Counted from the stretch's first letter, positions 29,707-39,861 are shown. The stretch: DNA of 57,604 nt from Synechococcus sp. (GCA_051439425.1 JBFRWD010000111.1:1-57604); one strand, 5' to 3'. Notes: generated by a model from the sequence alone, not told the origin. Program-made: numbers and translations.

Positions 29707-31479
29707 GTGGACGTAGTGTCAGGCATCGAGAAGCTCCGGCAACAGGTATTTTTGCCGGGGAAAACCGTTGATCTACCGCACGTTCGATTCTGGTTGGCAG
29801 CCAGCGTATTGTTCGCTGCAGGATTCGCACTCATGGGAGTTTTGCAAGCATTTCACCAGCCGTACACCATCCAAGATGACGCCCGCCAACACGTGTTTTG
29901 GATGCAGCGATTTTTGAATCCCGAGCTATTTCCGGACGATCTCATCGCCGACTATTACCAATCCATTGCCCCGCGCGGATACAGCACGATCTATCGTCTG
30001 CTCGCCGGATTGGGATTGTCTCCCATTCTGGCTAGCAAGTTGATTCCACCTCTGTTGTTTGTACTCAATGCCGGGTTGATGTACATGTTGGCTCTGGAAC
30101 TCCTGGCGATCCCGGTAGCCGCATTCAGCAGTTCGCTACTGCTCAGTCAATCATTGGGGATGACAGACGCTGTGTTCTCCGGAACGGCCAAGGCATTTGT
30201 TTACATCTGCGCTCTCGGCGTTCTGTATTGTCTGGTGCGAGGCTGGCTGCTTCCACTGTGGATCGCGATCGCCCTGCAAAGTTGGTTCTATCCCCAACTG
30301 GTGCTGGTATTTGCAGCCATGCTCTGTCTGGGATTGGTGGAATGGCGTCAACGTAGATGGAACTTGACATCCTCTCGAACGATGTGGCTGACCTGCCTCA
30401 GTGGAATAGCCGTGTGTGTCGCGGCCATGCTGCCCTTTCTACTGTCATCCCACCCATTTGGGCCAACGGTAACCTTTGACGAAGCGCGATCGATGCCAGA
30501 ATTTCTGGCGGGGGGGCGCACGCAGTTTTTCTACGATGACGACCCGGCACGATTTTGGCTGGATGGTCGGGGCGGTATCCGCATCAACAGCGTGCTGACC
30601 CCTGCCACCCATGTATTGGGGTTGATCTTTCCTCTACTCCTGTGCTTTCCCCGCCAATTTCCGATAGTTCATCACCTATCGGCCCCACATAACCCAGCAC
30701 GATCGGGGGCGGGGGCAATTCGGTGGTTACCTCGTCTAGCGATCGCCAGCTTGCTCTGGTTCGCTGCCGCTCACCTCACCCTATTCACCCTTTACCTTCC
30801 CAGCCGCTTCACCGAACACCCCCTCAGACTGGTACTGGCAATCTGTGCAGGATTAGCGATCGCCACGCTCGTTGACGCCACCTGGAGAATAGCCAGTCGA
30901 GCCACAACTCCCATACGCTCCTGGCCTGCAGGCGCGGTTGCACTACTTCTGTCGGCCTTACTCCTGGGATATCCTCTCCTAGCACCCGGATTTCCCTTCG
31001 CTCGCTATACCGTCGGCCGCCACCCCGAATTATATGAATTCTTCCAGGCTCAGCCCGAAGATATCGCGATCGCCAGCTTGGGGGAAGAAGGCAGCTACAT
31101 CGCCACATTTGCCCACCGATCGGTGTTGCTCGATCGAGAATTCGCCATCCCCTATCACACGGGTTACTACCGGCACATTCGCCAGCGGGCTACCGACTTG
31201 ATTGCAGCCCAATACAGCCCGGACAGCGCACCGCTGCTAGATGCAATCGCCACCTACAATATCGATTTTTGGATACTTGCTGGCAACGCCTTCGACATTG
31301 AAGCTCTCCAGAACAATCGGTGGCTGCAACAATACCAACCTGCCACCTGGAACGCGGAGGCTAACCTCCGAGCAGCTCCGCCTATTCTAAGTACTCTGGT
31401 CAACACCTGCACGGTTTTAGAAACACGCGCACACCAGGTTTTAGATGCCAGTTGCATTCAGCGAGAGTTATCCCAATAA
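29707..31479 (+). CDS. Polytopic membrane protein, GT-C glycosyltransferase-like (paralog 2)
   Basis: Same DDARQH...IADYYQSIAP, FSGT.KAF, WFYP, MPEF..GGRT.FF, LYLPSR and PY..GYY motifs as 27820-29640. Confidence 0.7.
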   Translation: MDVVSGIEKLRQQVFLPGKTVDLPHVRFWLAASVLFAAGFALMGVLQAFHQPYTIQDDARQHVFWMQRFLNPELFPDDLIADYYQSIAPRGYSTIYRLLAGLGLSPILASKLIPPLLFVLNAGLMYMLALELLAIPVAAFSSSLLLSQSLGMTDAVFSGTAKAFVYICALGVLYCLVRGWLLPLWIAIALQSWFYPQLVLVFAAMLCLGLVEWRQRRWNLTSSRTMWLTCLSGIAVCVAAMLPFLLSSHPFGPTVTFDEARSMPEFLAGGRTQFFYDDDPARFWLDGRGGIRINSVLTPATHVLGLIFPLLLCFPRQFPIVHHLSAPHNPARSGAGAIRWLPRLAIASLLWFAAAHLTLFTLYLPSRFTEHPLRLVLAICAGLAIATLVDATWRIASRATTPIRSWPAGAVALLLSALLLGYPLLAPGFPFARYTVGRHPELYEFFQAQPEDIAIASLGEEGSYIATFAHRSVLLDREFAIPYHTGYYRHIRQRATDLIAAQYSPDSAPLLDAIATYNIDFWILAGNAFDIEALQNNRWLQQYQPATWNAEANLRAAPPILSTLVNTCTVLETRAHQVLDASCIQRELSQ

Positions 31480-31516
31480 ACGCTGTCACCATCAACACCT
31501 ATATTGAGCCAACACC

Positions 31517-31621
31517 CATAGCATTCGGAAATCCACCATGGAGAACTTCCGAATCACATTTCCTGTGGATCGAAGCTTTCAGCAGTCCTCACACTCCAGC
31601 CCCCTAAAACGGATTGCCATA
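31517..31621 (-). mobile_element. 105-bp MITE-like repeat A, copy 2
   Basis: Minus strand TATGGCAATCCGTTTTAGGGGCTGGAG...TTCTCCATGGTGGATTTCCGAATGCTATG. Confidence 0.75.
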
Positions 31622-31900
31622 TACATGCCGATCGGTCCCAAGAAATCGCGGCAGATCCAACAAGCGATTGCATCGTACTGACAGATTTCACCGTTGGTCG
31701 CTATACTCTGCTTAACCCAATTTATTGTCTTTCAATATTTCTAACAACAAAGTCAAACATCGAAATCAACAACGTATAATTTCTTCTTTTTGTTTTCTCT
31801 AAAAGAGGTCATTTCTTCTTCACCTTCACATCTGAAGCAGCAAGAAGTTCGGCAGTAGTTTCGGCTCATCCCAATACCAACACTATCAAGCAGGTAATGT

Positions 31901-32593
31901 ATGAGTTTCGATAGCAGGCAATCCTCTCTGAAACCGATTGTGGGACTGAGTGTCTTAGTCGTATTACTGGCAGTCGATTTTTTCTTCTTAGCGTTTCACC
32001 TATTAAGAGAGGTGAATTTGGTCGCACTGTCTGAGGCTTGGTCAATTGCGCAAGACGCTAGCTATTCCGAGTGGTTTCAATATGTGAAATTGGCATATGT
32101 AGCGATCGCATCGGTCTATCTCTACTCCTTATTTCGCAGGTGGTTTTACTGCGCATTTGGAGTCTTATTCGGCTTAATCTTGGCAGGCGATGCCTTATTA
32201 ATTCACGAAGGCGTGGGTCAATCACTCGCAGCATCTTTCAACATATCTGCGCCTGTAGCTGAAGTATTATTTGTCGGTTTTGCTTGCCTACCACCACTGC
32301 TGTTCATCCTCTACGAGTTTGTTAGATTTCGCAGCATTTACGAGCGTAAGTTCGCGTTCGAAATGATTGTGGCATTAGCGGTGTTTGCCCTGTTGGGGGT
32401 TGGTCTGGACTTTATCGGAGATCAATTTAGTACAGAAGCCTCCTCCACCCGAGCAATCCTGGATGGTATTGAGGACTTCGGCGAGATGGTCGTGCTCAGC
32501 GTCATCGTATGGCTAACATACCGAAACACACAAATGCTGGATTGGTCTAAGCCCAAAACCATTTGGATGGATAAGGCGCAACTGTTGGAGTAA
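31901..32593 (+). CDS. Hypothetical integral membrane protein (about 6 TM)
   Basis: Hydrophobic helices with conserved-looking polar motifs (SEWFQY.K, D...IHE, IEDFGEM). The DNA is more AT-rich than its neighbours. Confidence 0.75.
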   Translation: MSFDSRQSSLKPIVGLSVLVVLLAVDFFFLAFHLLREVNLVALSEAWSIAQDASYSEWFQYVKLAYVAIASVYLYSLFRRWFYCAFGVLFGLILAGDALLIHEGVGQSLAASFNISAPVAEVLFVGFACLPPLLFILYEFVRFRSIYERKFAFEMIVALAVFALLGVGLDFIGDQFSTEASSTRAILDGIEDFGEMVVLSVIVWLTYRNTQMLDWSKPKTIWMDKAQLLE

Positions 32594-32635
32594 GAACTGG
32601 TAGACGGCTAACCGGTGGAGAGGAGCTATCGGTAG

Positions 32636-32830
32636 TTCGTCATTTGTCCTTAGTCATTTGTCCTTCGTTTCTAGCTTCCAGTAATGGTTAAGGTCCCCGA
32701 AAGTGCCCGCGAGCCGGAGAGTGCGGCAGCTAGCGAAATACAGATGGGACGAATGACCAGTGACCAGTGACCAGTGACCAGTGACCAGTGACCAGTGACC
32801 AGTGACCAGTGACCAGTGACCAGTAACCGA
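32636..32830. repeat. Inverted STRR-like heptamer arrays flanking a ~75-bp core
   Basis: Left side has 5 units of TT(A/T/C)GT(CA/CC/TT). Right side has (TGACCAG)x10 at 32754-32823. Confidence 0.9.
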
Positions 32831-32852
32831 TAATCAATCCCCCAAACACCTA

Positions 32853-33701
32853 TTAAAGCTTTGCCGGAATAATCGCATCCTTAAACTCCGGTACCAACTC
32901 CGGACGACTAGCCACCAGCGTTGGATAGTTAGTTGACACGTAATCTTGTCCGGGCTTTAGGGGAAACAGCGTTTTGCCATCTAGGGGGAACCAAGCGGCA
33001 CCGGCACCGTGAACGATCACCCAGGCCGCTGCAATGTCCCAAATCTTAGGGGTGGCTTCCAAGGCTCCCAACGTACTTCCCAGAGCCACAGACGATAGAT
33101 TGTAGGCTGCGGCTCCGAGCATGCGCCGTTTGCAAGGTAATTGAGTAACCGCTGCCCAACTGCGAGAACACACGCTGAAAAAATGATGGCGACTAATAGA
33201 GTCCATACTGGGGCGAATGGGGCGATCGTTCATATAAGCACAGTTGGCCGGTAGGGAAGCCAGCATGGGTGTCGCCTGGTAATAGCCGTAAAACGATTGC
33301 TGTAGCGGCGGGATATTGAGATAGCCAAAGACCGGGGTACCGCGATACATCAACGCCATCGAGGTGCCCCAAACAGGAATCCCTCGCGCAAAATTATTCG
33401 TGCCATCAATCGGGTCGATGGCCCAGCACCAATCCGTACCGGGAAAAGTGCGATCGCCTTCTTCCGTCAAGAGTCCGTGGTCGGGGAATTGCTCAGCAAT
33501 CGCCTGCCGCAACTCGCGATCGGCCCACTCATCCGACTGCGTCACCAAACTGCCGTCTGCCTTCGTACGTGCCTGCACCTGAGCAAAATCTTGCATGAGT
33601 TGCTCCCCAATACAAGCCGTTCGATCGCGGGCGAGGTGAAGTACGTTGGTCCAGAATGAGGCGTTCATGCGGGGTGGCTCTGACAATCTAGACTTCACCA
33701 T
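32853..33701 (-). CDS. Inositol monophosphatase family protein
   Basis: LVTQSD, LTEE, WAIDPIDGTNNF, WDIAAA. The start may be ATG 33668. Confidence 0.93.
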   Translation of the reverse strand: MVKSRLSEPPRMNASFWTNVLHLARDRTACIGEQLMQDFAQVQARTKADGSLVTQSDEWADRELRQAIAEQFPDHGLLTEEGDRTFPGTDWCWAIDPIDGTNNFARGIPVWGTSMALMYRGTPVFGYLNIPPLQQSFYGYYQATPMLASLPANCAYMNDRPIRPSMDSISRHHFFSVCSRSWAAVTQLPCKRRMLGAAAYNLSSVALGSTLGALEATPKIWDIAAAWVIVHGAGAAWFPLDGKTLFPLKPGQDYVSTNYPTLVASRPELVPEFKDAIIPAKL

Positions 33702-34002
33702 ACACAGGTCTGGGTATTTGGAATGTTGCTGGATGGCTGTTCTTGAGGCTTAGCTTTCGGTTAGTTTTTTCTCTCTTGTTCCTAGGTTCTAGTGATTGGC
33801 TATTAGCCATGAGGTGGGAGGGGAGGGGCAACTAGCAGAGTCGCAGCATCCATATATTTATCTACGACAGCTTGTCTTTTGCATTGCCTTCTGTCAGTCA
33901 TCACGATAGAGGGTGCTTTTAGTGGCCGTCTGCTCTCGCAAGGATTGACACAGTCCGGCCATTCAGTAACAAGCCCTAACGTGCGTGCTGCATCAATAGG
34001 TA

Positions 34003-34521
34003 ATGAGTAGATCGAAGAAGTGGTTTGACATGAAGATTCAACAATGGGTCATCGGCACCGGAATGGCAACGGTACTGCTTGGATCGGCGATTGGACTAAC
34101 CGCGCAGGGTGAACCGGGAGCCCAGCACTCTCACTCTCACGACGAGATGGCGCACGACGAGATGGCGCACGATGAAGGCCATACCCACAAGCAGCTAGAA
34201 GTGTCTGCCGATTTACCAGTTCCTGCTGTAGCGGTGGTTGTACATGAGGATGCAGTGAACGGCTGGAATTTGGAACTGCAGCTCGATAACTTTGAGTTTT
34301 CACCAGCAACCATCAACGAGCCCGGGGCACAAAATGAAGGCCACGCTCACCTTTACATCAATGGTGAGAAGGTAACGCGTTTGTACAGCAATTGGTATTA
34401 CCTAGAAGACCTTGAGGCCGGAGAGAACACAATCCTGGTGACTCTGAACACCAACACTCACGAAGATTTGACTGTGAATGGCGAGGTCATTTCAGCATCT
34501 ACGATTGTTTCTGTGTTGTAG
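34003..34521 (+). CDS. Exported His-rich putative metal-binding protein
   Basis: Signal peptide, HSHSHDEMAHDEMAHDEGHTH, EGHAHLYING.K..RLY..W and NTH motifs. Confidence 0.8.
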   Translation: MSRSKKWFDMKIQQWVIGTGMATVLLGSAIGLTAQGEPGAQHSHSHDEMAHDEMAHDEGHTHKQLEVSADLPVPAVAVVVHEDAVNGWNLELQLDNFEFSPATINEPGAQNEGHAHLYINGEKVTRLYSNWYYLEDLEAGENTILVTLNTNTHEDLTVNGEVISASTIVSVL

Positions 34522-34598
34522 GTCAGGCACCCATTACGATGACTCTCTGCAGGCATGCTGGGCCGTCCATCGTGCAAGACGGCGACTCCGCTTTGATA

Positions 34599-34699
34599 GA
34601 TAGCAATCCGCTGTAAGGTCTGGAATACAAAGACAGTAGCGATGTTCAACCCTGACTGCGCCCGGAACTCATGTCCTAACTGAAACGGCAAACGCTATA
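34599..34699 (+). mobile_element. Composite of repeat A left end (34599-34636) and repeat B (34635-34699)
   Basis: GATAGCAATCCGCTGTAAGGTCTGGA...GACAG joined to AGTAGCGATG...TGTCCTAACTGAAACGGCAAACGCTATA. Confidence 0.7.
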
Positions 34700-34995
34700 C
34701 GAAAGACACGATCGACAATTCAACGGAGACCGTGTCGCAATCGTTGAGATCGATGACTCAGCTACGTTGTTGCGATAGTTTGAGTTGGAGCCGTTAGACA
34801 GGCATACTTCGTTGGAAAACTTGCAGCAGAATTTATTGATTTTTCCAGTAGGTAGGATGCCGGTTCGGTTGAAGGAGCGATCGCTGATTGCCGTTTAAAG
34901 CCCAACTGACCTACAAAATTTGTCCCTGCACGCCACCGCCCCACCAAAACCGTGAGGTAGCCTGGATGCAATTCTGTGGCGGTAATGGGTGATGT

Positions 34996-36846
34996 ATGAG
35001 CGATCCGAGTGTGGCCAATCTCAATCTAGCGGACTCTAATTCAACCCGTGCTAAGCCTGGCAGCCAGTCGCCGCTGCCCCAACCCATCCTGAGCGTGCGC
35101 GACTTACATGTCGAATTCCACTCCGACGATCGCACCACCATCGCCGTCCACAGCTTAGACTTCGATCTTTACCCCGGCAAAACCCTCGGCATTGTCGGAG
35201 AATCCGGCTCGGGCAAAACCGTCACCTCTTTAGCCGTCCTGGGCTTGCTGCCCGAAACCACCACCATCAGCGGGCAATCCCTCCTTCGCACGTCGACCGC
35301 GTCCGACGACACGGTCGACTTATTGCAGCTATCCTCCCGCCAAATGCGCACCCATCGGGGCGATCGCATTGCCATGGTCTTTCAAGAACCCAGCAGCGCC
35401 CTCAACCCCGTCTACACCTGCGGCTTCCAGGTCATGGAGACCATTCTGGCGAACGAACATGTAAGTCGAGCGGAAGCCCGCCAACGCACCCTAGATCTAT
35501 TTCGAGAAGTACAGCTCCCCGACCCCGAACGGATGCTCGATCGCTACCCTCACCAGCTATCCGGTGGTCAAATGCAGCGAGTCACCATCGCGATCGCCCT
35601 GTCCTGCAATCCCCAAATCCTGATTGCCGACGAACCCACCACAGCCCTGGATGTCACCGTGCAGGCAGAAATCTTGCGCCTGATGAAAGCTCTGCAGCAG
35701 CGACGCAACATGGCCATTTTATTTATCACACACGACCTCGGGGTGATTGCCGAAATAGCCGATCGCGTAGTGGTGATGTATCGCGGACAGCGGGTGGAAA
35801 TGGGCACGGTATCCGATATTTTCCAGCGGCCCCAAAGCCCATATACCAAAGGTTTGCTCACCTGTCGCCCCCCTCTCAACCGTCGTATGAAGGTGCTGCC
35901 CACCACCGACGATTTCATGCAGGTGTCGAAAAACGATGACGGTACTTTGGATATCCAAGAGAAGCGCGCGGAATCGGTGCGGCAGGCATTGTTGGATGCC
36001 GAAATGACTGCCGCAGAAACGGAAGCCCGCCTCGTGCAACTGCAAGGCAAGCGCCCGTTGGTCCAGGTACAACATCTGAAAACTTACTTCCCGATACGCA
36101 AGGGGGTGTTCGGTCGCCAGACTGGGGTGGTGAAAGCGGTTGACGATATCACCTTCGATCTCTTCCCTGGGGAAACCCTAGGATTGGTAGGAGAGTCTGG
36201 ATGCGGGAAATCGACGCTAGGTCGTTCGATCTTGCAACTGATTCGCCCCACCTCTGGCACGGTGCTATACGACGGCGATGACTTAGTGCGGTTACCACAC
36301 CGCAAACTGCGATCGCTGCGCAAAGACCTGCAAATTATCTTCCAAGACCCCTTCAGCTCCCTCGATCCGCGCCTATCTGTCGGAGCATCGGTCATGGAGC
36401 CCATGGACTTACACGGAATTGGTGACAACCGTCGGGATCGGCGTGCACGTGCTGCAGAACTCTTGGAAAAAGTAGGGCTAGACGGGGACATGCTCAACCG
36501 CATGCCCCACGAATTTTCCGGCGGACAACGACAGCGGGTATGCATTGCACGGGCACTGGCCTCTGCCCCCAAACTGATTATTTGCGACGAGTCCGTCTCG
36601 GCCTTGGATGTGTCGGTGCAAGCACAAGTGCTCAATCTGCTGAAGGATTTGCAAGCGGAGTTTGATCTGACTTACCTGTTTATCTCGCACGATCTGAGTG
36701 TGGTGAAATTTATCAGCGATCGCATCATGGTAATGAATCGTGGCCACATCGAGGAAATCGCTCCAGCAGATGAGCTGTACTCAAATCCAACCCGAGAGTA
36801 TACGCGTACCTTAATTTCGGCAATTCCTGGTGCCGAAGCTGCATAA
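34996..36846 (+). CDS. Dipeptide/oligopeptide ABC transporter fused double ATP-binding protein
   Basis: Two NBDs: GESGSGKT/LSGGQMQRV/IADEPTTALD and GESGCGKS/FSGGQRQRV/ICDESVSALD. Confidence 0.95.
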   Translation: MSDPSVANLNLADSNSTRAKPGSQSPLPQPILSVRDLHVEFHSDDRTTIAVHSLDFDLYPGKTLGIVGESGSGKTVTSLAVLGLLPETTTISGQSLLRTSTASDDTVDLLQLSSRQMRTHRGDRIAMVFQEPSSALNPVYTCGFQVMETILANEHVSRAEARQRTLDLFREVQLPDPERMLDRYPHQLSGGQMQRVTIAIALSCNPQILIADEPTTALDVTVQAEILRLMKALQQRRNMAILFITHDLGVIAEIADRVVVMYRGQRVEMGTVSDIFQRPQSPYTKGLLTCRPPLNRRMKVLPTTDDFMQVSKNDDGTLDIQEKRAESVRQALLDAEMTAAETEARLVQLQGKRPLVQVQHLKTYFPIRKGVFGRQTGVVKAVDDITFDLFPGETLGLVGESGCGKSTLGRSILQLIRPTSGTVLYDGDDLVRLPHRKLRSLRKDLQIIFQDPFSSLDPRLSVGASVMEPMDLHGIGDNRRDRRARAAELLEKVGLDGDMLNRMPHEFSGGQRQRVCIARALASAPKLIICDESVSALDVSVQAQVLNLLKDLQAEFDLTYLFISHDLSVVKFISDRIMVMNRGHIEEIAPADELYSNPTREYTRTLISAIPGAEAA

Positions 36847-37760
36847 CACCATTGGAGTATGGGTGATTGGGCAACGCCCCGCATCCAGTATTACAGCCAC
36901 TGGCGATTCCAGCAGTCCACCCCGTGACGGGATCGACACCACACATCAACAGACCAGAAATTTAGCTGGACTTTTGTTGTTCATCTTGAATAACCAGCAC
37001 GATAGGTTCTGCGTGAACTTAATTGTTGTGTGAGAATTTTTATTTTTGTCTTTATTTTCAAGTTTTAAGTATAAAATTTTTCTTTATTTTGATTGCTCCC
37101 TAATTTTTTGCTCCCCAATATGGGGTAGAGAGCGAAGTCAAATCTTGTGCGTTTATGGGAGCGCAACGATACGGAGTTATGACAGTCTTCCATAGAGTTA
37201 ATCCTATGATTTGAAATGCATATACCCCGGCATGCTGCAACCGATAGCGACCGAACGGCGGCTGTTCTAGCCCTCTCTCATGCTGCTCGACAAGCGTTTT
37301 ACTCATATCAGACACTCAACAAAAGTGCTGTTAGTCACAACTTTTCGGATTGAAACAGCACTACATTTACTGATACAAGATTTAATCAATGTTTAATGAG
37401 TAAGTAGGTCGTCCAAATGATTGTTGCAAGGGCCTGAGGCCCTGTAAGGGCTGTCAGATGTCTATCTTGCGTTTAATTTGGTCAGGCTACTTAGTAGTAC
37501 AGGTTCTCATACTGTGCTTCGCGTATTGATCTTTAAGGATCCTCAGGGATTGCAGCTGCTGATTATCTTTGGCGAGATAGCTTTTTGGGTTGGTTTTGCG
37601 CCACAAGAGCTATCCATTTAACTCCTTGAGGAGCCATCCGAGTCTGATTACTTACATTCCAGTGGCATCGCGTCATCCTGCAAGTCTCTGTAACCATCTT
37701 GAGTCTTCCCACAGAGTGAACTAGCGTTCCACACATTCATGCAGAGGAGCATTCCTGTTC

Positions 37761-39566
37761 ATGGCGAACTTCAAACTTGAAGCTGAAGATGCGATCGGCG
37801 TTACCGGTTATCGAGTAGAGCAGAGTAATGTTGCTTCGGGCGATCGCCTACTGGGGTTAACCGGTAATGGGAGCCGAGAAATTGGCTCTGCGACCTTTGC
37901 CTTTGGAGGGAATGCTGGCGTCTACAACATTATTGTGGGCGCGTTCGATGAAAGCGACGGAAACGCTCGATTTGAGCTGGCTCGCGATGGCAATGTCTTA
38001 GGCAAGGTTGTCCTCAATCAAAACCCTGGAGGAACCGGGATTAGTGCCGATACCAAAGTAAGGCGGAAGATCGCTAGCGAGGTGACTATTGCTCGGGGCG
38101 ATCGCTTTACTCTGTCTGGGTTTGAGAATGGCAAAGAGCATGCCCGCCTTGATTTCCTGCGATTTGTACGAGTTGCATCTCCACAAGCACCGGTCAAATC
38201 TCAATCTCGGGTAAAAGCTAACTCCCGTAGAGCTCCTCGATTCGAGACACCGAAAGTTATCAAGGTGCGCGAGAATCGCAGATTTGCGATCGATATCAAT
38301 GCTCGGGCATCCAACAACGATACTGAGGAAAATGGTCGCTTGAGGTACAGCATTAGCGGCGGCCCCGATAGAAACCTCTTTACGCTCAACTCTAGAACTG
38401 GCGTATTGCAGTTCAAAGCTGCACCCAACTTCGAACAACCTAGAGATCGAAACCGCAATAACCTCTACGCCCTGAAAGTACGAGCAAGAGACTCTGCAGG
38501 CCGCCGTCGCGAGCGAAATTTAACCTTCCGCGTGACTAACGAGCTGGAGCGCCCTCAAAGATCTAGTGGTAGCGGACTTTTGTTCCAGGCAAATCAGGGA
38601 CAGGTAATCGTCGACGCTACATCAGTTCAGCCGAGAGGGGACTGGACGAGAACTACGGTGCAAAACCGGCGCGCATTGCTATACAGAGGGCCAAACTCGT
38701 TTGGCAGAGCTCTCCCCAATCAACAAATGGAGTTTCGGTTTAGAACCGATGTCGGAGGGCAGTATTTCATCTCGTTGTATGGTGCCCGAGATAACAGCTT
38801 GGTCGTGCCCTTTGAAAACGATCGGGGCAACGACCTATTTGTTGGGATTGTGAATGCTGAAACAGGTGCAGTCGTTCAGCGCCCCACAAAACTTCCAACC
38901 TTTTTGAGAGATAGTAATTTATCGCTCACATGGGGCAGTACTTTTAGTGTTTCCAAAGAACTTAGCCCTGCGACGGTCGATCTCAGCCCCAATACTGAAT
39001 ATCGCTTCTTAATCACGGGTCGTTCAGCTGGCTACTTATTCAGCCGGGTTACCCTCAGTACCCGCAGGGCTTTGCGCAACGCCAATGCTCCTGAATCTCC
39101 AACGAGATCGGCCGGGTCGACCAGTGTAGCCGAGCCGATTATCTTTGAAGCAGAAGATGCCAAGTTTACGGGCTACCGGTTGGAGCGCACTAGCTTTGCT
39201 TCGGGTCGCCGGCTTCTGGGCTTGCGAGGCAATGGGCGAGGGGAGAAAGGTCGAGCCTCTTTCCGGTTCAATGAAGCTCCTGGCCGGTACGATCTACTGC
39301 TCGGAACCTTCGATCAAAATGATGGCATATCCAAGTTTATTATCAGCCTCAGAGATGGTGATACCGGCAGACGGCGACGGCTATCTCGTATAAAGCTCGA
39401 TGCCAATTTGGGTAGCGCTAAGCTCAGGGACAAAACGGCTGTTATTGAAACGGTGGCAAGAGGGATTTCTTTGGACAGAGGGGACAACATATCAATTCAA
39501 GGATTTGAAGATAACGGCGAAGCCGCTCAGCTTGACTTCCTGAAGCTAGTTCCCTCAAGCATTTAA
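37761..39566 (+). CDS. Multi-domain protein with duplicated CBM/galactose-binding-like domains and a cadherin-like domain
   Basis: N- and C-terminal repeats (EAEDA..TGYR.E....ASG.RLLGL.GNG..E.G...LDFL) and central YSISGGPD..LF.LN..TGVL.F..APNFEQP.D...NNLY. Confidence 0.75.
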   Translation: MANFKLEAEDAIGVTGYRVEQSNVASGDRLLGLTGNGSREIGSATFAFGGNAGVYNIIVGAFDESDGNARFELARDGNVLGKVVLNQNPGGTGISADTKVRRKIASEVTIARGDRFTLSGFENGKEHARLDFLRFVRVASPQAPVKSQSRVKANSRRAPRFETPKVIKVRENRRFAIDINARASNNDTEENGRLRYSISGGPDRNLFTLNSRTGVLQFKAAPNFEQPRDRNRNNLYALKVRARDSAGRRRERNLTFRVTNELERPQRSSGSGLLFQANQGQVIVDATSVQPRGDWTRTTVQNRRALLYRGPNSFGRALPNQQMEFRFRTDVGGQYFISLYGARDNSLVVPFENDRGNDLFVGIVNAETGAVVQRPTKLPTFLRDSNLSLTWGSTFSVSKELSPATVDLSPNTEYRFLITGRSAGYLFSRVTLSTRRALRNANAPESPTRSAGSTSVAEPIIFEAEDAKFTGYRLERTSFASGRRLLGLRGNGRGEKGRASFRFNEAPGRYDLLLGTFDQNDGISKFIISLRDGDTGRRRRLSRIKLDANLGSAKLRDKTAVIETVARGISLDRGDNISIQGFEDNGEAAQLDFLKLVPSSI

Positions 39567-39861
39567 TTGCGATTGATTGCAGATTGAGTGACTGGCAGCA
39601 CCAGTGCAGCCGTTGCAACGTCTCATTGAGGTCTGTCACTGCAGCTCGCGACCTTCGATCCCCGCCCCTGATGTCCTCAACAATCCCCTCTATGCCAGTT
39701 CGCCAGGGGGCCGCTCCAACCTGCTGTCTCCAGATTTCTGCAGCCTGGATTCTGTCATTCGCCCTGATGTAAAGTTCTTTAGCAATTTGAGATCCCGGCG
39801 GCATCACCGTTTGGCAGTTAAGGTATATTGCTGTTGCTTTAATAAAATGCCGAGGTTCGCT

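Noticed and set aside
32670..32745. Core between the STRR arrays as a self-cleaving ribozyme
   Set aside because: I could not find hammerhead (CUGANGA...GAAA), twister or pistol cores on either strand.
39604..39861. 118-aa ORF as a PsaM fusion
   Set aside because: The upstream part has no protein-like features, and an RBS precedes ATG 39862.
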